IMG/VR virus record: IMGVR_UViG_3300012006_000002 | Location: 38,767-102,766 of that record | From: a virus | Strand: one strand, 5' to 3' | DNA length: 64,000 nucleotides | Shown: one piece after another, positions 28,996-39,110 of the stretch | Numbering within the stretch: position 1 is the stretch's first letter | Layout: each line of letters starts with the position of its first letter | Made by a program: the position numbers and the translations under genes | Notes under the pieces: model-generated | Database searches by the model: none | What the model was told of the DNA's origin: nothing | What the model saw: only the letters and a program-made list of their open reading frames with translations

Positions 28996-31900
28996 TACGT
29001 AAATACTTTCATTGCACTTGATATGGAAATTGGAACTTCCATATCTATCGTTCCCCGATCAGAATGAACTCTCACCACACAGGATTCATCGCTAGACTGC
29101 CCTTTTTGATAAACCGTCCAAAGCATTCCTAGTCGAGATGAAACTTTTGTTTCCCTAAGAGACCATAAGACTACTGGATCGGATGTGTCGGTCACTGGCG
29201 CGTCAGGATTGATAATGACGATATCATCACAAATAACGGATGGCTTGCCATCCCTTACCCGAATTTCTCCCTTTACCAGAACCCGCCTGTCTAGGAGTTG
29301 CTGGGGGTTCGACCCACAGACAGAAATATATTTATTTGAAAATAAGACGATATCAATTTGGCCATGCTGATCTTCCATGAGCAAGAAAGACATCATCTTG
29401 CCGTTCTTGGTTTGAAAATCTCGCACGCTCCGTATGACTCCGCCTACAATGGCGGATTGATCTGCGCCCTCCATGAGGTTTTGGGAATTGTGTGTTGCAT
29501 AGTAATCAATGATATGGCGCACATCATCTAGCGGATGCTCTGATAGGTACACGCCAAGCACCTCGTATTCATACTCAAGACGCTGGGACCGGGTCATCGG
29601 GTCGGCACCCAGTAGCCCAAGTGATTGTACGTCACCGTCGCCAAACATGTCAAGTTGCCCAGAGGAGCGAAGCGCCGAACGTTCGCGTGCAGACTCGATA
29701 AATTTTGGCAACGATTCAATCAGGCTTGCCCTCTCGCCAAACTCGTCCAAGGAACCTGCCTTGATGAGATTTGCAACGCCTTTTTGATTAATGACACTAA
29801 GATTTATCTTTGACAGAAAATCATGGAAAGATTCAAATTTTCCCTGAGACACTCTGGCAAATACCAGAGTCTTGCATGCTGTTGAACTCATGCCCGATAC
29901 GGCAGACAGGCCAAACGCAATGGCCTCTGTGCCATCAATTTCTGCGATGGAAAACACATCTGAAGATACATTCACCATAGGAGGAATAACTTGGATTCCC
30001 ATGCGACGGCATTCAGCAATTGATTCGGAAATCTTTTCCTTATTGTTGGATTCGTAGGTCATTACTGTCGTCATGTACTCAATAGAATAATTTGCCTTGA
30101 GGTATGCAGTGATATAAGAAATATATCCGTAGCAGAAAGCATGCGCACGATTGAATCCATATCCGGCAAACGGTGCAATGGTCTCCCAGATATCTGAGGC
30201 CACATCCATGTCATACCCACGCGACATGCTGCCAGAAATGAATTTTTCTTTCTGTTCTTCAATCACACTGATTTGTTTCTTGCCCATTCCTTTGCGGAGA
30301 ACATCTACTTCTCCCCAAGAGAACCCGGCAATCTTCCGGGCAATCAATAAGACCTGATCCTGATACACCACCACGCCGTATGTTTCTTCAAGTATTTCTC
30401 GCAAATCATCATGCAAATACGAAATGTATCGGGAATTGTTCTTGGCAGTTGCAAAGTCCGGAATGTGTTCCATTGGTCCGGGGCGATACAGCGCCACGAT
30501 TGCAGGAAGATCGGTAATCCTTGATGGGCGCACAAGACGCAATGCTCGACGCATTCCTACAGATTCCAATTGGAATACGGCTGCGGTGTCCCCACGCGCC
30601 AAAAGATCGTAGGTTCTCTGGGCAAGGGGATTGCTGTACTCAATGGGAATGTCGCTATACAATTTCTCCCCACTGGTTCCGTACAAATCTATATCGTGTC
30701 TCTGTTTTATGAGTTCGCATACATCTTTGATAATTGTGAGATTTGCGAGGCCAAGAAAATCGAACTTCGAAAGTCCAAGGCTTTCGATAATTCCGGTGGA
30801 GTTGTTGTTGTCATACTGAGTGACAAATGTTCCAGTTTTGCGTCCGGATTTTTCAGGAGGCAACTGTACTGGAACCACTTCATCAAGATCTGTTGCAGTA
30901 ATGAGAATTCCTGCGGCATGGGTTCCAAATCCTCTCGTCAATCCTTCGATTTCTTTGGCCAAGGAAAAGACTTCATTTAATTGTGGATTATTTTTCATAG
31001 CCCGGATAATTTTTGGATCTAGAGAAACTTCATCAAGAGTAATTCCGGGTGTATCAACAAATAGAGAAGTAAAGGAATTGCTTACATCAAAGGGAACTTC
31101 CATGACGCGGGCAATGTCTTTTACCGCAGCCCGTGATCCCAAAGTAAGAAATGTTCCTACATGAGCGACTTTAGTCTTGCCATATTTTTCGGTCACATAC
31201 TCAATGACATCAGCCCTGCGGTTGTCCGCAAAATCCATGTCAATATCCGGCATGCCCTTGCGATCCTTATGAAGGAATCGCTCGAACATGATGTCGTATT
31301 TCACCGGATCAATATCGCAAATACCCAGCGAATAGACGCACAAGCTTCCCGCAACAGATCCGCGAGGAACAGCCATAACCCCTTGGAGACGTGCGAACCG
31401 AACATAATCCTGAACAATAAGAAAATATAATGCATATCCAGTTTCTTTTATAACCGATAATTCATAATCTGCACGTTCTTTATGTCCAGTACTAACTGTT
31501 CCGTAGCGCCAAGCGAGTCCATCGTAGACCTGCTTGGTTAGCCAAGAGTCTGGAGTGTGCCCTTGGGGAATTTCAAACTCCGGAAGCATGACTTTGGAAA
31601 AATCCAATGCAAGATTGCACTGATCAGCCACCCAATCGGTGTTGCGAACTGCTTCTTCGCGTCCCGAAAAATCACGAAGCATCTCCTCTTCGCCACGAAG
31701 GTAATACGCACCATAGGGGGTTATCTTGAATCTCTTCGGATCATTAAGGGTCGATCCGGTTTGAATGGCGAGCATGGCATCATGAGACTTGGCATCCTCA
31801 GGACGCGCATAGTGGCTGTCGCACGCAGCGACCGCCTTCGCCCCAAGCCAGTCGGCTATTCCGAAGAGCGCAGGATTAAGGGTTCGCTGCTTTTCGTGGC

Positions 31901-32432
31901 CATGGTTGTGGACCTCAATCGCATACCGATCCCCGAAGAGTTCTTTATATTTGCCAGCAATTGCTCTGGCGTCATCGACACTTCTCTCCAGAATTGCTTC
32001 GGATACCTCACCGGACATACATCCAGAAAGGGCAAAAATTCCTTCGGAATGTTGCTCAAGGCAAGAAAAATCAATGCGCGGTTTATAATACAATCCTTCA
32101 ACATGTGCTTTACTTGTTAATTTTAGTAAATTTTTATATCCAACTTCATTCATTGCCAATAGTGTAAGATGACAACTGCTTCCTGCCTTATCCAATACAG
32201 CATCTTTTCTCAGCATGTTACCTTTTGTGATATATGCTTCGACTCCTACAATTGGCTTTATCCCTGCAGACTTTGCTGCGCGATAGAATTCAATTGACCC
32301 ATACATTACTCCATGATCAGTCAGTGCAACTGCGGTTTGTCCAAGTTCCGCAACGCGGCTGATGATCTCGGAAATTCTGGAACGTCCATCAAGAATGGAA
32401 AAATGACTATGATTATGCAGTTGTACGGTCAT
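28995..32432 (-). CDS. dnaE: DNA polymerase III alpha subunit
   Basis: PHP domain HNHSHFSILDG/TDHG; RGSVAGS; MPDIDMDF; KFDFLGL; YGFNRAHA; C-terminal OB fold. Confidence 0.97.
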   Translation of the reverse strand: MTVQLHNHSHFSILDGRSRISEIISRVAELGQTAVALTDHGVMYGSIEFYRAAKSAGIKPIVGVEAYITKGNMLRKDAVLDKAGSSCHLTLLAMNEVGYKNLLKLTSKAHVEGLYYKPRIDFSCLEQHSEGIFALSGCMSGEVSEAILERSVDDARAIAGKYKELFGDRYAIEVHNHGHEKQRTLNPALFGIADWLGAKAVAACDSHYARPEDAKSHDAMLAIQTGSTLNDPKRFKITPYGAYYLRGEEEMLRDFSGREEAVRNTDWVADQCNLALDFSKVMLPEFEIPQGHTPDSWLTKQVYDGLAWRYGTVSTGHKERADYELSVIKETGYALYFLIVQDYVRFARLQGVMAVPRGSVAGSLCVYSLGICDIDPVKYDIMFERFLHKDRKGMPDIDMDFADNRRADVIEYVTEKYGKTKVAHVGTFLTLGSRAAVKDIARVMEVPFDVSNSFTSLFVDTPGITLDEVSLDPKIIRAMKNNPQLNEVFSLAKEIEGLTRGFGTHAAGILITATDLDEVVPVQLPPEKSGRKTGTFVTQYDNNNSTGIIESLGLSKFDFLGLANLTIIKDVCELIKQRHDIDLYGTSGEKLYSDIPIEYSNPLAQRTYDLLARGDTAAVFQLESVGMRRALRLVRPSRITDLPAIVALYRPGPMEHIPDFATAKNNSRYISYLHDDLREILEETYGVVVYQDQVLLIARKIAGFSWGEVDVLRKGMGKKQISVIEEQKEKFISGSMSRGYDMDVASDIWETIAPFAGYGFNRAHAFCYGYISYITAYLKANYSIEYMTTVMTYESNNKEKISESIAECRRMGIQVIPPMVNVSSDVFSIAEIDGTEAIAFGLSAVSGMSSTACKTLVFARVSQGKFESFHDFLSKINLSVINQKGVANLIKAGSLDEFGERASLIESLPKFIESARERSALRSSGQLDMFGDGDVQSLGLLGADPMTRSQRLEYEYEVLGVYLSEHPLDDVRHIIDYYATHNSQNLMEGADQSAIVGGVIRSVRDFQTKNGKMMSFLLMEDQHGQIDIVLFSNKYISVCGSNPQQLLDRRVLVKGEIRVRDGKPSVICDDIVIINPDAPVTDTSDPVVLWSLRETKVSSRLGMLWTVYQKGQSSDESCVVRVHSDRGTIDMEVPISISSAMKVFT

Positions 32433-32979
32433 GAACTATCTCCGAAATTGGCCGTAATTGATGAATGAATATATTCATGCAATCAGTAAAAAACACCACA
32501 CCATTGGGTTCCCTGTCTCCTGCTTTGCGAATCTGCGCTAGTGTGGACATGTCATCTTTCGTGGCATACCCAAGTATCCACGCAGTGTGGAACCTGTATA
32601 TATCTTGCTTGTCGTGTATATCGGAATATCGCTGTAATGAAATAAAAACATAAAGTTCTGGATTTTGCACCCCATTGTTGTAGGTAGGCGTGGAACATTC
32701 AAAAGTTTCTTTTGGGGCAACACTTCGGTCCTTAGTCTTGATCTCTGTTTTCTTGCCTCGTATTTCAATATCATGGCTTCGGTAATAAACAAACTTGCAG
32801 GGAACGCGATATTTTGTCAACCATATTTCAACAACAAGTTCGCCAAGGCAGCCAATCTGATTGGCGATGAACCCTCGATGAGAATGCCTCAGGATAGGCA
32901 TCTTCAATGCCCGCTCCTGTGCTTGTGCGAGTATCTCGGGCGTAAGTGTGGCACGTATGAATTGTCGATACAGTGCCAT
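32413..32979 (-). CDS. PD-(D/E)xK-like nuclease (putative)
   Basis: GCLGE...SHDIEIRGKKTEIKTK (E...D...ExK pattern). Confidence 0.55.
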   Translation of the reverse strand: MALYRQFIRATLTPEILAQAQERALKMPILRHSHRGFIANQIGCLGELVVEIWLTKYRVPCKFVYYRSHDIEIRGKKTEIKTKDRSVAPKETFECSTPTYNNGVQNPELYVFISLQRYSDIHDKQDIYRFHTAWILGYATKDDMSTLAQIRKAGDREPNGVVFFTDCMNIFIHQLRPISEIVHDRTTA

Positions 32980-33747
32980 CTAGGAGGTCGCCGATTGCTG
33001 CACCGCGTATTCTAGTAATTGAGGCCCAAAGTAATCATGGGCACGAGTATTCAATTCAAAGCCGATGAATCTCCTGCCAAGACGAACCGCCGAGAATCCC
33101 GTGCTGTAACTTCCGGCAAAAGGATCAAGGATGGTTTCTCCTTTTGATGAACTGTAAAGAATATATTTATCAATAAATTCTTCTGAAAGTTGATTGCTAT
33201 TTTTTATTTCACCAAACTTGTAATGACGAGGAAGTTTCTGAACGGACAGTCTGTCCAGATAACTTTGCTGGGTGTCGGAGAACAGACAGTGCGTATTGAA
33301 AGTACGTTTTTGTGATGATGTCTCTGACTTTGACCAGAATAATACGTGATAATGGCTAGATACCCATTTCTTTTTTGTGTACACGCCGAAACTATATTGT
33401 GCAATAATATGATTGATCTCATTAAGAGACGTGCTGTGTAAAGCATTCAGAACATGATGCAAGTTTGTATAGCCGGACACAATATACATTGACCCTCCGG
33501 GACGCAGGACGCGCTCACATTGTTGTATCCATGACAAAGACCATTCGGCATACTGCGACAGAGGAACATCAATGTATCCGGGAATGACACGCGACTCATC
33601 ACGGTTGTACATGACATCAAGAGTCTCGCCTTTTATTCCATACGGAGGATCGGTGAAAATCATATCAATACTATTTGCAGGTATCTTGTCTGCCATTCCA
33701 GAAAGAGAATCAAGATTATGTATAGACACAGACAGAGTTTCAGACAT
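32980..33747 (-). CDS. Beta-class N6-A/N4-C DNA methyltransferase
   Basis: TDPPY catalytic motif precedes the LDPFAGS SAM-binding motif. Confidence 0.9.
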   Translation of the reverse strand: MSETLSVSIHNLDSLSGMADKIPANSIDMIFTDPPYGIKGETLDVMYNRDESRVIPGYIDVPLSQYAEWSLSWIQQCERVLRPGGSMYIVSGYTNLHHVLNALHSTSLNEINHIIAQYSFGVYTKKKWVSSHYHVLFWSKSETSSQKRTFNTHCLFSDTQQSYLDRLSVQKLPRHYKFGEIKNSNQLSEEFIDKYILYSSSKGETILDPFAGSYSTGFSAVRLGRRFIGFELNTRAHDYFGPQLLEYAVQQSATS

Positions 33748-33819
33748 GAGAAATCTCCAAAATAGAAAGGAGAGCCGTTCGGCTCCCCTCTATTGTACAG
33801 GCAAACGGCATGGGTCAAT

Positions 33820-34221
33820 CTACTGAGCGAGGCGGATTTTCTCCAGTGCGTCAAGATCCTTGTGCTTGGTTCCCCCGTCATACGCCCAAGCGTATCCGCC
33901 TTTCACTAACTGGTCGTTCAATGAGAGCGGCTCGCCATCAATAAATATCGTGCCAAGGATTCTTCCGTATTTTTCGGACGAATCAGGTTTTTCGGTCTTG
34001 ATCACGATTTTCTTGGCGGATTCCAGACGATGCTTGAGCCATTCTTTCGCGGCTAATCCCATTTTCTTTTCTCGAAGATCGAGCGTCCTCGACTCCGGAG
34101 TGTCAATCCCATTAAGACGCACCCTGCTTGAAAATGAAACATCAAAACCTAAATCAATTTGTACATCAATGGTGTCGCCATCAACAACATCAATCAAACG
34201 TGCTACTTTATATTCATACAT
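33820..34221 (-). CDS. Thermonuclease (SNase-like)
   Basis: MYEYK..VVDGDTIDV.IDLGF..RVRLNGIDTPE..KYGRILG; true start is ATG 34221. Confidence 0.9.
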   Translation of the reverse strand: MYEYKVARLIDVVDGDTIDVQIDLGFDVSFSSRVRLNGIDTPESRTLDLREKKMGLAAKEWLKHRLESAKKIVIKTEKPDSSEKYGRILGTIFIDGEPLSLNDQLVKGGYAWAYDGGTKHKDLDALEKIRLAQ

Positions 34222-34234
34222 TATAAGATTCTTT

Positions 34235-34465
34235 CTAATTTTTTTGAACAAGAGAAAACCATTGCGATTTTTTAATTTCTTTTTCTTGTAGTTGAGTTTC
34301 GTACTTTTCAAGCAAAGAAAATAATTCTTTATTATGCTTGTGAATTCCATGGTCTTTTTCGTGTTCCTTGCCATTTTCTTCAGCAAGTTCTTCTCCATGG
34401 ATTTTTTTGGCAAGATTATTTTGCTTCTTCATTATTTGCTGTTTAAGAGAATAAAAGTCAGACAT
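34235..34465 (-). CDS. Small charged protein
   Basis: 76 aa; SD GAGG. Confidence 0.6.
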   Translation of the reverse strand: MSDFYSLKQQIMKKQNNLAKKIHGEELAEENGKEHEKDHGIHKHNKELFSLLEKYETQLQEKEIKKSQWFSLVQKN

Positions 34466-34568
34466 TTTTTCCTCGTATTTTCAATAATATTTTATAGCAA
34501 GAGCAGATAGGACTATTGTACAAAATGAAATTAACAATGTATTAATTTGCCAATAAGATTCTTGACAA

Positions 34569-35219
34569 TTATTCTGACCGCATGAAGAATGCATCGCTCT
34601 CCCCTGTTCTATTTTTCATTGAAGAAAAATACACATACTTATTTGTTTTGAATACAAGTAATGATTTTTTTGCAATCATAAATGGACCCTTGCGTTCATA
34701 AATTACATGATTCCAGCGAACTTGATCGTTGCCATTCCATTTATCAGGATTTACCGCTGATACATGATGCTCTGATTCAACAGGAGTAAAATGTTCATTA
34801 ATCTCGGCATGAGTTAAAGGAAATAATGTATCTCCGGGAATATGATGTTGTATGTGTGTAAAATGTAATTGATGTGTTACTGGTAAAAACTGCTTGTATA
34901 TTTCTGATCCACCAGTAACATATAAATGATCATGATCAGATGTTGCGTGTTTGTCAATAAGAGATTGAATATCATTAGCAACTTCTACGCCCGGATATTT
35001 CCAGTCTTTCTGCGTGGTGAGTACAATATTTTTTCTTCCCGGTAATGGTTTTTGCGGAAGATTTTCAAATGTTTTTCGTCCCATTACGATTGTTTTGCCA
35101 AGAGTTTTTCTCTTGAATAATTTTAATTCATCAGGCAGATGCCAAGGCATGACGTTATCTTTTCCAATTACGTATGCTCCATCAGGGCGACGGGCACCAG
35201 CAACAATTCCATAAATCAT
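34569..35219 (-). CDS. folA: Dihydrofolate reductase with ~40-aa C-terminal extension
   Basis: VIGKDNVMPWHLPDELKLFK, VMGRKTFENL, PLPGRKNIVLT, VTGGSEIY, GDTLFP. Confidence 0.92.
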   Translation of the reverse strand: MIYGIVAGARRPDGAYVIGKDNVMPWHLPDELKLFKRKTLGKTIVMGRKTFENLPQKPLPGRKNIVLTTQKDWKYPGVEVANDIQSLIDKHATSDHDHLYVTGGSEIYKQFLPVTHQLHFTHIQHHIPGDTLFPLTHAEINEHFTPVESEHHVSAVNPDKWNGNDQVRWNHVIYERKGPFMIAKKSLLVFKTNKYVYFSSMKNRTGESDAFFMRSE

Positions 35220-35226
35220 TAGTGTG

Positions 35227-36825
35227 CTACTTTTCCCCGGAAAATTCTTTGTATTTTTGGGCAATCGCTTTGGCGTCACGGACACTTGGCTTCCGGGATT
35301 TTTTGGGTTTGGCTACGGGAACAAGAGGGTGTTCGCCACGAAGTATGGAGCGAATTTCTGGATGAAGTCGATAGGCTCCATCCTCCATCAGGGGAGGCAT
35401 GGGTGGCTGATAATTTTTTCTTTGACTTCCTTTTCTTACTTCTTTTTCCCATTCCTGACGCTGCTTATTATATTCCCTAAGAAGTGGTGTTCGGTATTTT
35501 ACAGGAAGAGAGGCATATCTCTGCGAATCATGAAGTGCCTCATATACTGCTACAGTATATTTATCATCATCGGTAAGATATTTGGAGCCTTCCGGATCAT
35601 CCATTTGATCTTTTAATCCCTGAATGTGATCATAGGCAAGATCACCACTATGCAATGCATTTTTCATGGCCGGATGATCTCTGAATCGGGGAACCATCAG
35701 ATGCTTGTTGCCCTTGGCCTCCCATCTTTTGGAATCGGCAGAGATGGCTGGGGGTTCAGGTTTTGGATCGCGAGGTTTGTCAAGATCGGGATTGGCAAGT
35801 CTGCGGCGTGCCCTTGCTTGTGCGGCTTTGATTGGGTTTAATAATGCTCTTCTTTCTTCTACCGGAAGACCCTCCAATTTTCGTCGCGTGGATACAGGGG
35901 CATCTCCTTCGGCTGCTGGTCGTTTCGGTGCGCGAGGCCTGCGTGCAGGTCGTTCGACAACCGGATCTGGTGCTGGAGATTCCTCGGCTACTGCTGCTGC
36001 CGTTTTTTTTGGCCGGGTTCTTTTTGGCGCAGAAGCAGATTGCTGCATTGCCGCCACATTTGCTGCAATCGGATCTTCTCCACTTTTTATGGATGCCTTT
36101 TTTGCGTCAAAAAACGCTATTGCTGAACGAGTAGCCTGTCGTTTTGCTTCCTGATGTGCTTCATTCGTGGGATCATACCTTTCGGCTCCTTCAAAAACAG
36201 GAGTAAGACGCCGGGGCGTTGCCCATCCGTGAATTTGAGAGGTTTTCAAAACTGCTGCGATTTGATCGCGGATTTGATCTTCTTTTACTTTTTGCACTCG
36301 TAAATCTGGCGCTTCAAAAACAGGGCTTTTCCCACTCGGAGTAGTAACTTTTAATCCATGTTGAAATAAATCAACAGGTGCAGCGGTTGGATTTTTTGGA
36401 TCATGCAACAAATATCCCATATCTGTAGTAATGGCAATATGATGATTGGGATGATTAGGGTCGCTATACGGTTTTCCCGGAGGAATCACTCTTCCTTCAG
36501 GCACTACGTGCGGATGCGCGATAAGTTTTGAAATATCAACTTCTTTATTGCCGTCCAATATTTTGCCCTGCATGAGAAGATTGTGTGCCCTCATGTGTTC
36601 TGCAAGTTGTGCCTTTGCTCGTCCGCTAAGTTCCTTCTCTCTCGCAGTAACAATCTTCGATGCAGGTGCTATGCTTTTTTTGCCCATTCCTCGGGATATG
36701 ATGGGTTGCAAACCCTTTTGCAGTCTTGCTTCAGGGCTGCTGATATCAATGACAGGAGATGGATTTGTCCTTACAACATATCCATACATTCTTCTCATAA
36801 ACTTTGCAATATCATTATTATTCAT
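35227..36825 (-). CDS. Basic low-complexity protein (putative internal head protein)
   Basis: 532 aa, P/R/K/H-rich; MRRMYGY and LQKG motifs. Confidence 0.6.
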   Translation of the reverse strand: MNNNDIAKFMRRMYGYVVRTNPSPVIDISSPEARLQKGLQPIISRGMGKKSIAPASKIVTAREKELSGRAKAQLAEHMRAHNLLMQGKILDGNKEVDISKLIAHPHVVPEGRVIPPGKPYSDPNHPNHHIAITTDMGYLLHDPKNPTAAPVDLFQHGLKVTTPSGKSPVFEAPDLRVQKVKEDQIRDQIAAVLKTSQIHGWATPRRLTPVFEGAERYDPTNEAHQEAKRQATRSAIAFFDAKKASIKSGEDPIAANVAAMQQSASAPKRTRPKKTAAAVAEESPAPDPVVERPARRPRAPKRPAAEGDAPVSTRRKLEGLPVEERRALLNPIKAAQARARRRLANPDLDKPRDPKPEPPAISADSKRWEAKGNKHLMVPRFRDHPAMKNALHSGDLAYDHIQGLKDQMDDPEGSKYLTDDDKYTVAVYEALHDSQRYASLPVKYRTPLLREYNKQRQEWEKEVRKGSQRKNYQPPMPPLMEDGAYRLHPEIRSILRGEHPLVPVAKPKKSRKPSVRDAKAIAQKYKEFSGEK

Positions 36826-37589
36826 TAGTTTGCAATTGGCTTTCTGGAATAACTATCAGACGTGACATTTTCGGATACATCATATGGACGAGGAACTCTC
36901 TGGACCTGATCCGAGGGTGATTGCAATATTCCAGTATAATCAACAGGTGTTGAGTGATATGTTTCCTTATAGTATTCGGCATTTGGACCAGTCACGGTAT
37001 TGTAATCTCCAACCCCTCGCACGACCTTGATGCCGTTGCGCCTTCTCCAATCAAGCACAGCATCAGCGCTGTTCTTGTTTCGCTGATGCCAGCCATAATT
37101 TATGTGACCCGGATCAGTTATTCTTCCAGATATTCTTGCGGCACTCTCTAATTCTTGATCTGTTTTTGTGTGAGCCGGATTAGTGTCCATGTCAATATCT
37201 GAATACATTGACTGAACATGTCCGCCAACCTCTTGGTGTTGACCTTGTTGTCCGCGATTTCTATCGTTTTCGCGTCTATACTCAAGTTCGCCTTTGTTTT
37301 TTTGATTTTTTCTTGTTGCAATAGACGCATCCATATTCATTTTTTGCGGTTCTTTGCGTATATTGCTCGAAGCATCTGATGTTTTTTGCTCTACGTCATT
37401 TGCTGTAGGATTTAATTTTACTCTCATGCCAAACGATGATGCCGCAGATCCACTTCCTCCAATTTGCTTTGATCGCATACTAAAAGAGGGGTCACTTTCT
37501 GTAGCTTTACGCAGCCTTTGCATGGAAACCGAAACCGGAATTCCATGCATTCGCTCCATCAACTCCGCAAATTTTTCTGGCTTCATCAT
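36825..37589 (-). CDS. Putative internal head protein
   Basis: MERMHG and LRKA motifs; start set after the upstream stop. Confidence 0.55.
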   Translation of the reverse strand: MMKPEKFAELMERMHGIPVSVSMQRLRKATESDPSFSMRSKQIGGSGSAASSFGMRVKLNPTANDVEQKTSDASSNIRKEPQKMNMDASIATRKNQKNKGELEYRRENDRNRGQQGQHQEVGGHVQSMYSDIDMDTNPAHTKTDQELESAARISGRITDPGHINYGWHQRNKNSADAVLDWRRRNGIKVVRGVGDYNTVTGPNAEYYKETYHSTPVDYTGILQSPSDQVQRVPRPYDVSENVTSDSYSRKPIAN

Positions 37590-37596
37590 GTATTTC

Positions 37597-39108
37597 TTAG
37601 AAAGAAAATGCTCCATACGAGGCATCATTATTATTTTCAAATGTGTCTAGTCCATGCCACCCCGCCTTGACTCGCTTCTTTCTTTTGCCATGCCTGAGGT
37701 CGCGGAAATATGTGTTTGCATGGTCCATGAACGTTTTAGATTTTGGTCCAAGCTTAGGATCACCTGTCATCTTAGGATCCGCGTTTTTAGAAAAATGCTT
37801 GCGTTTTCCCGATGCAATATCTTGCATGTGACCTTCATTCAAGATAGCTCGTTCTGCGAACCCTGCTGGCTTGCCCTTTATGTCAGCAGAATCCCTGTCT
37901 GTTGTCCATCCTTCGTGACCAACACGTTTGGCTTGCAGTCTGATTGTTTTCGCAGGATTTGTGGGATCTGATGCTAGATATCCACGCTTTTTATCATTGA
38001 ATTGCTGGTGAAGTTTCTGGACTTTTTCTGCAGTATTGGCATGCTCTAAACCATTTTGATGCAGTTCATCCCTGCCGTTCCCAAGGGTAAGATTCAAATT
38101 TCCTATCTTCTCATGATTCTTCTCGTCTCTGAACAAATGACCGGGAACAAACGTGTTGAGATGATTGGCAATATTTCTGTGGTAATCTCCCATCTCTCCA
38201 GTGTGAAATCCAACCACATCTTTTCCGGTAGTTTTGTCTTGAGCAATTCCGTGGCTTGGAACCCATCCATGTGTTGGATGATGAGCAAAAATTTGCTCAT
38301 GACCCTCATGATCATTAATTTTTACAATGGGGGTGGCACCAACTTTTGAACCCCATTGACCTGTTCCGTTGTTTGCAAGACCAATATTCATGGATCTTGA
38401 GTCTTTCAGTCCATGCATGTACTTCCAGTGAGCTGCTTCTTGAGGGGAACGATGCTCGACATCTGCCGAATTACTGTGTTCACTAAGAATTCCATGATTA
38501 TTCATAGCGGCAAGATTTGCATACGCTTCGCCTAAGCCCTGCATGCCCTGCATTGTCTGATTGCCTTTACTGTAAAGACCGTTTTTATCGGCTTTCATTT
38601 TTGCATCAGTCGCAGCCTTTGTAGTGGCCGCTACTCCAGCAGAACTAGCGGGATGAAACGATGCGCCCATTCCCTTGGTTGACGCACCTTTTGCCGGAGA
38701 TGGTGGCGACCACAGTGCTTTGGAAAAATAATCAATATTATCATTCTTTGCTAGTAAATTATAAATTTGTTTATTATTGTATCCAAAAGACTTTTTGTAG
38801 TAATTAATTAAAGATTCTACATTTACATACGGAGTATCTTTATAGGCTTTTTCAAAGGAAACGCCATTGGCTCGCACTGGAAATAGACGATATGTCTCTA
38901 CTTCGTAAAATGCATCTTCTGTTTGCTGATCAGTGATTGGGGAAAAGAAATTTTGTGAATATGTTTGAGTAAACGATTTGTACGCAATGTCAATCCGTCG
39001 CTTGCGCTTCTCTTCCGGATTCAATTGACGCTTTGTTTGTTTTGGCAATTTGTCGTTTGGTCCCCAGCGGGGAGTGTAATCATCCTTACCAAACTTGTCG
39101 TTTTTCAT
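37597..39108 (-). CDS. His/Lys-rich putative internal head protein
   Basis: 503 aa; AYKS, FEKA, YKKS, FSKA motifs. Confidence 0.6.
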   Translation of the reverse strand: MKNDKFGKDDYTPRWGPNDKLPKQTKRQLNPEEKRKRRIDIAYKSFTQTYSQNFFSPITDQQTEDAFYEVETYRLFPVRANGVSFEKAYKDTPYVNVESLINYYKKSFGYNNKQIYNLLAKNDNIDYFSKALWSPPSPAKGASTKGMGASFHPASSAGVAATTKAATDAKMKADKNGLYSKGNQTMQGMQGLGEAYANLAAMNNHGILSEHSNSADVEHRSPQEAAHWKYMHGLKDSRSMNIGLANNGTGQWGSKVGATPIVKINDHEGHEQIFAHHPTHGWVPSHGIAQDKTTGKDVVGFHTGEMGDYHRNIANHLNTFVPGHLFRDEKNHEKIGNLNLTLGNGRDELHQNGLEHANTAEKVQKLHQQFNDKKRGYLASDPTNPAKTIRLQAKRVGHEGWTTDRDSADIKGKPAGFAERAILNEGHMQDIASGKRKHFSKNADPKMTGDPKLGPKSKTFMDHANTYFRDLRHGKRKKRVKAGWHGLDTFENNNDASYGAFSF

Positions 39109-39110
39109 TG

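Noticed and set aside
24775-32432. Inteins or introns in TerL or DnaE
   Set aside because: Lengths and motif spacing are normal; no intein splice motifs or interruptions seen.
33820-34413. 197-aa version of the thermonuclease
   Set aside because: The extension overlaps the 34235-34465 gene; the nuclease fold begins at MYEYK (34221).
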